Assembly: GCA_963691875.1 (NCBI GenBank)
Contig: OY829846.1
Span: 3,488,001-3,552,000 of the forward strand
Source: Aureliella sp.
GTDB taxonomy: Bacteria > Planctomycetota > Planctomycetia > Pirellulales > Pirellulaceae
Direction: 5' to 3'
DNA length: 64,000 bases
This document shows, piece by piece, positions 60,840 through 64,000 of this stretch. The position numbers and the translations under genes are program-made. Below the pieces are notes generated by a model. That model saw nothing but the letters and a program-made list of their open reading frames with translations, had not been told where the DNA came from and ran no database searches. Position 1 is the stretch's first letter; every line of letters starts with the position of its first letter.

Positions 60840-62321
60840 TCAGTCATGCCACTGGAACTCTGATGCTTTGGGCCACCACATCTCCCAGAAGTAGCGTAAC
60901 GTCGTCCTCGGCCAGAGTGTGTAGTTGTGGTTATTCTTGTCGGTGTACCAAGAGTTGCAGCCCTCGGAGAATACAGATTGATGCATCGCTCGATCAAGCT
61001 CTTGCTGGTATTTCGATACAGCCTGTGGCAGTGGTTCAAGGCTGCTTTTCTTTAGACGCTTGAGCATTCTCAGGCACTTCAGGATGTACTGCACTTGAGA
61101 CTCAATCATGAGGATCACGGAATTGTGAGCCAAGCCACTGTTGGGGCCAAGAAGCAGAAACATATTGGGAAAGCCTGGGACCATGACGGTTCGATGTGCT
61201 AATACCTTGTCTTCCCAGGCCGCTGCCAGTGTCCTGCCATCACGCCCTTGCATCTGAATATATTGTTCAATGGAAAAGGGACGAAAGCCGGTTGCAGCCA
61301 CGATAACATCGAGTGGGTACTGCTTGCCGTCTGCCAACTGAATACCCGACGGCGTAATACGCTCAATTGGCCGAGAAACTAACTTTACGTCTGGGCGAGC
61401 GAGTGTCGCGTAGTAGTCATCGCTAAGCAAAATTCGTTTGCAGCCGATAGTGTAATCAGGCGTTAAGGCATGCCGCAGATCAGGGTCCTGAATATGCCAT
61501 CGTAGATGCTTTAACGCCCGCTCCTCCAGTGATTTGGCCATGGAACTTCCCGGCCGTGCGAATCGACCTCGCGCCTCGAGGTACCAGTAGTAAAACCAAC
61601 GAGGCAAATTCGCTGCACCCGGGATTTGAAGCAGCCACTGGGCCCACGATGGGTACGCTCGATCGCGTCTAGGGACGATCCACGCTGGCGAACGCTGGAA
61701 CACCGACAGGTGCTTCGCCTTATCGGCAATGGCTGGCACAATTTGAATCGCGCTTGCACCGCTTCCGATGACTCCAATACGCTTTCCCTCCCACTGGTGA
61801 TCATGCGGCCATCGCGCCGAGTGAAACAACTCGCCTTGGAACGATTCTAATCCCTCGAAGGCTGGAATATTCGGCAGGTGTAGAGCCCCTAAGGCACAGA
61901 CCAACACATCTGATTGCACCCTACGACCGTCTACCAAATTGATGTTCCACCGACCGTCTTGAAAACTTGCCTGATGCACCTCAGCCCCGAACTCCAGATA
62001 TGGTTCGATAGCAGGATTCTTCGCAACCGACTCACAGTACTCTTGAATCTCTTCACCCGGTGCAAAGATCCGGCTCCAAAGCGGCTTAGGGGCGAAAGAG
62101 TAGGAGTAGAGGTGTGAGGGCACATCACAGGCAACTCCAGGGTAAATATTATCACGCCAGGTTCCACCTACGCGATCCGCTTTCTCCAGGACGACAAACG
62201 ACTTCACGCTAGCTTGCCGCAGTCGCCAGGCCATGCACAGACCTGAAAGCCCTGCGCCAACCACAGCGACTTGAACCCTCTGAATTCCCCGCGCCTTCGC
62301 TATTCGCCCCGACGAGCTCAC
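60840..62321 (-). CDS. Baeyer-Villiger-type flavin monooxygenase
   Basis: 'VVGAGLSG', 'GGTWRDNIYPG.ACD', fingerprint 'FQGELFHSARWP', 'GSGASAIQ', 'GCKR', 'ATGF'. GTG at 62321 is preferred; ATG at 62420 is possible. Confidence 0.93.
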   Translation of the reverse strand: MSSSGRIAKARGIQRVQVAVVGAGLSGLCMAWRLRQASVKSFVVLEKADRVGGTWRDNIYPGVACDVPSHLYSYSFAPKPLWSRIFAPGEEIQEYCESVAKNPAIEPYLEFGAEVHQASFQDGRWNINLVDGRRVQSDVLVCALGALHLPNIPAFEGLESFQGELFHSARWPHDHQWEGKRIGVIGSGASAIQIVPAIADKAKHLSVFQRSPAWIVPRRDRAYPSWAQWLLQIPGAANLPRWFYYWYLEARGRFARPGSSMAKSLEERALKHLRWHIQDPDLRHALTPDYTIGCKRILLSDDYYATLARPDVKLVSRPIERITPSGIQLADGKQYPLDVIVAATGFRPFSIEQYIQMQGRDGRTLAAAWEDKVLAHRTVMVPGFPNMFLLLGPNSGLAHNSVILMIESQVQYILKCLRMLKRLKKSSLEPLPQAVSKYQQELDRAMHQSVFSEGCNSWYTDKNNHNYTLWPRTTLRYFWEMWWPKASEFQWHD

Positions 62322-62554
62322 GGTGAAACCTCGCGCCGTTGTTTTAGAGCTGCAATCATTCTCGTTTCCGTCTGTAGACCTTGGCACACCTGTCCGTGCG
62401 AACGCACATTCTGACCTCATCGCATTCCTGTCAGAAGGCGTAAGCCGAGCTTGGCGGGCGATAGTGTACTTTTCCTTCGGGTGAGCGTCGAGAAGTCGTA
62501 CCTAGAAGCCTCACAGGGGCGCAACTAACGGTAAAGCATCAGGCGGTAATTGCT

Positions 62555-63871
62555 TCACGGGGGTGATCCTTCGGCTTCTGAGCTCCTACCCTCTGGGACG
62601 GGCGGTGTAGCTAGTAGCATGAGTGGGCCGAGGGGAAGAAGAAGAGCCGCGAAGAGCCAGAGGCCTGGCACAAAGCTATTGTAGCTGTCCTTGAGGAAAC
62701 CGAGCAAAGCGGGGCCACACCCACTACCAGCAACCGTGGTGCACCAAATCGTTCCACGAATCTTGCCGAGGTGCTTGGTGCCATAGTAACGAACCCAGAC
62801 TGTAGCGCTCGTGACGATGAGAAGGCCTTGGCCAGCACCGAAGGAAAGAGCAAATAGATGCATCTGCATGGAGCCACTCGTCAGAGGTACGATACAGGCA
62901 CCAGCCGCCAAGAGGCAGAAACCGATGCTCAGCAAGATGTTGGCTGGATATCGATCCGCCAAAATGCCGCCGAGCAACTGCGAAGCAAGCATCACAGAGG
63001 AAAAAGTGGTAAACATCCACCTGACCTCCTCCTTGGGAATTCCAAAGCTACCGAAGACATCGATCGCAAAAAAGATGACTCCCGTGCCGGAGAGCGCCCA
63101 CAGCAACATGCCGGCACCTAGAATCCATAGAGCCGGCCCACTCGCTGCCTCGCGCAAGGTGAGGCTGATTTCGCGATCTTCTTCTGGCGGGGCGTCGCTT
63201 TCTAGCTCCAGCTTCCCGTTGGACTCATCCGCTTGATCTTCTTTGCCGTCTGGAAGCAAGCTCAGATCTTTGGGGTGATTGCGTAGGAGCAAAACCACCA
63301 ACGGAATCAAAGTTAGTGCGACGAACACTCCCATGAAGAAATAGGTATTTCGCCAGCCGAATGAATCGTTGGAGCGCATTAGCAGGCCTGGCAACAGCCC
63401 GAAAGCAGCGGCGATGCCTAGCGCCATGGCACCGTTGATGCGGCCTAGCTTATCGCGAAACCACATCGAGACGATGTTGCCGGGCAGAAGGCTCATGGCG
63501 CCTTGGCCGAGCCAACGCAGCAGCATGAAACCTGCGAGCAGAGTGAAGAACCCTTGGGCGAAACTCATGAAAACGCAGGCGAGGCTCAGGCCGATCGCTA
63601 CGAATAGGGTGGTCTTTCGCAGTCCAATTCGGTCAGATAGTGGCCCGACGAATGACAGTGGTATTGCGGCCAAAGCGGTTCCGAGCATGTACGCGAGGGA
63701 AAGCTGCGTGTTAGAGATCCCTAGCTCGTGTTTCAGTTGCGGGCCAAATGCCATGATCGCGAAAGTCTGCCCGGGCGAGGAACAGATGAGGGCCCACACT
63801 GCCAGCAAAGCAACAACATAACCGTAGAAGAAAGGCAGCCGGCTGGCGAGATACTCGGGCAAACGCAGCAT
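62555..63871 (-). CDS. MFS transporter
   Basis: About 12 TMs; motif A 'GPLSDRIGLR' and 'GILADRYP'. Confidence 0.93.
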   Translation of the reverse strand: MLRLPEYLASRLPFFYGYVVALLAVWALICSSPGQTFAIMAFGPQLKHELGISNTQLSLAYMLGTALAAIPLSFVGPLSDRIGLRKTTLFVAIGLSLACVFMSFAQGFFTLLAGFMLLRWLGQGAMSLLPGNIVSMWFRDKLGRINGAMALGIAAAFGLLPGLLMRSNDSFGWRNTYFFMGVFVALTLIPLVVLLLRNHPKDLSLLPDGKEDQADESNGKLELESDAPPEEDREISLTLREAASGPALWILGAGMLLWALSGTGVIFFAIDVFGSFGIPKEEVRWMFTTFSSVMLASQLLGGILADRYPANILLSIGFCLLAAGACIVPLTSGSMQMHLFALSFGAGQGLLIVTSATVWVRYYGTKHLGKIRGTIWCTTVAGSGCGPALLGFLKDSYNSFVPGLWLFAALLLPLGPLMLLATPPVPEGRSSEAEGSPP

Positions 63872-64000
63872 TCAGTCGGCTTTGAGCAGTGGAGTGGCTA
63901 ATTGCGAAATTCTAAGGCAGCGGCCGAACTATTCCGGCCCGCGGGAAGTCTTGCCTTAGCTGGAGCAAGAGTAGACACGATAGGTTCACCATTGCCTTCA

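Noticed and set aside
1..64000. CRISPR arrays, tRNA/rRNA genes, prophage, integrase, transposase or defence systems
   Set aside because: No regularly spaced repeats, cloverleaf motifs or recognisable protein signatures seen by eye. tRNAscan, Infernal or DefenseFinder would be needed to exclude them formally.

Overview
This is a gene-dense bacterial chromosomal segment, very probably from a planctomycete of the Pirellulaceae. That call is an inference from a 'DWPxWRG' PQQ-propeller protein, a YdjY-type protein, a Zn-ribbon membrane protein, fused SecDF, type-2 IleRS and short palindromic intergenic elements. Most of it is housekeeping: secDF, bioF, cysK, cdd, trmL, an RND pair, yggS, a short UvrC homologue, dinB, dprA, aroF-tpiA-secG-yicC-gmk-rpoZ-coaC-coaB-pyrD-trpS, purN-ileS, LOG, recQ, a BVMO and an MFS transporter. 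I saw no rRNA, tRNA, CRISPR array, integrase or transposase. The most interesting items are: (1) a three-gene minus-strand operon of two paralogous 'MxLLGKVF' membrane-anchored coiled-coil proteins (one with a FlgT_C-like C-terminal domain) plus a 41-aa membrane microprotein absent from the ORF track; (2) a convergent pair of large envelope proteins, one possibly BPI/TULIP-like and one a LolA-like lipoprotein; (3) a divergent nitroreductase / hemP-cysteine desulfurase module centred on a Fur-box-like palindrome; (4) several apparent pseudo-enzymes; (5) several unrelated REP-like palindromes; (6) eroded genes. All family calls come from motif recognition by eye, and no searches were run.
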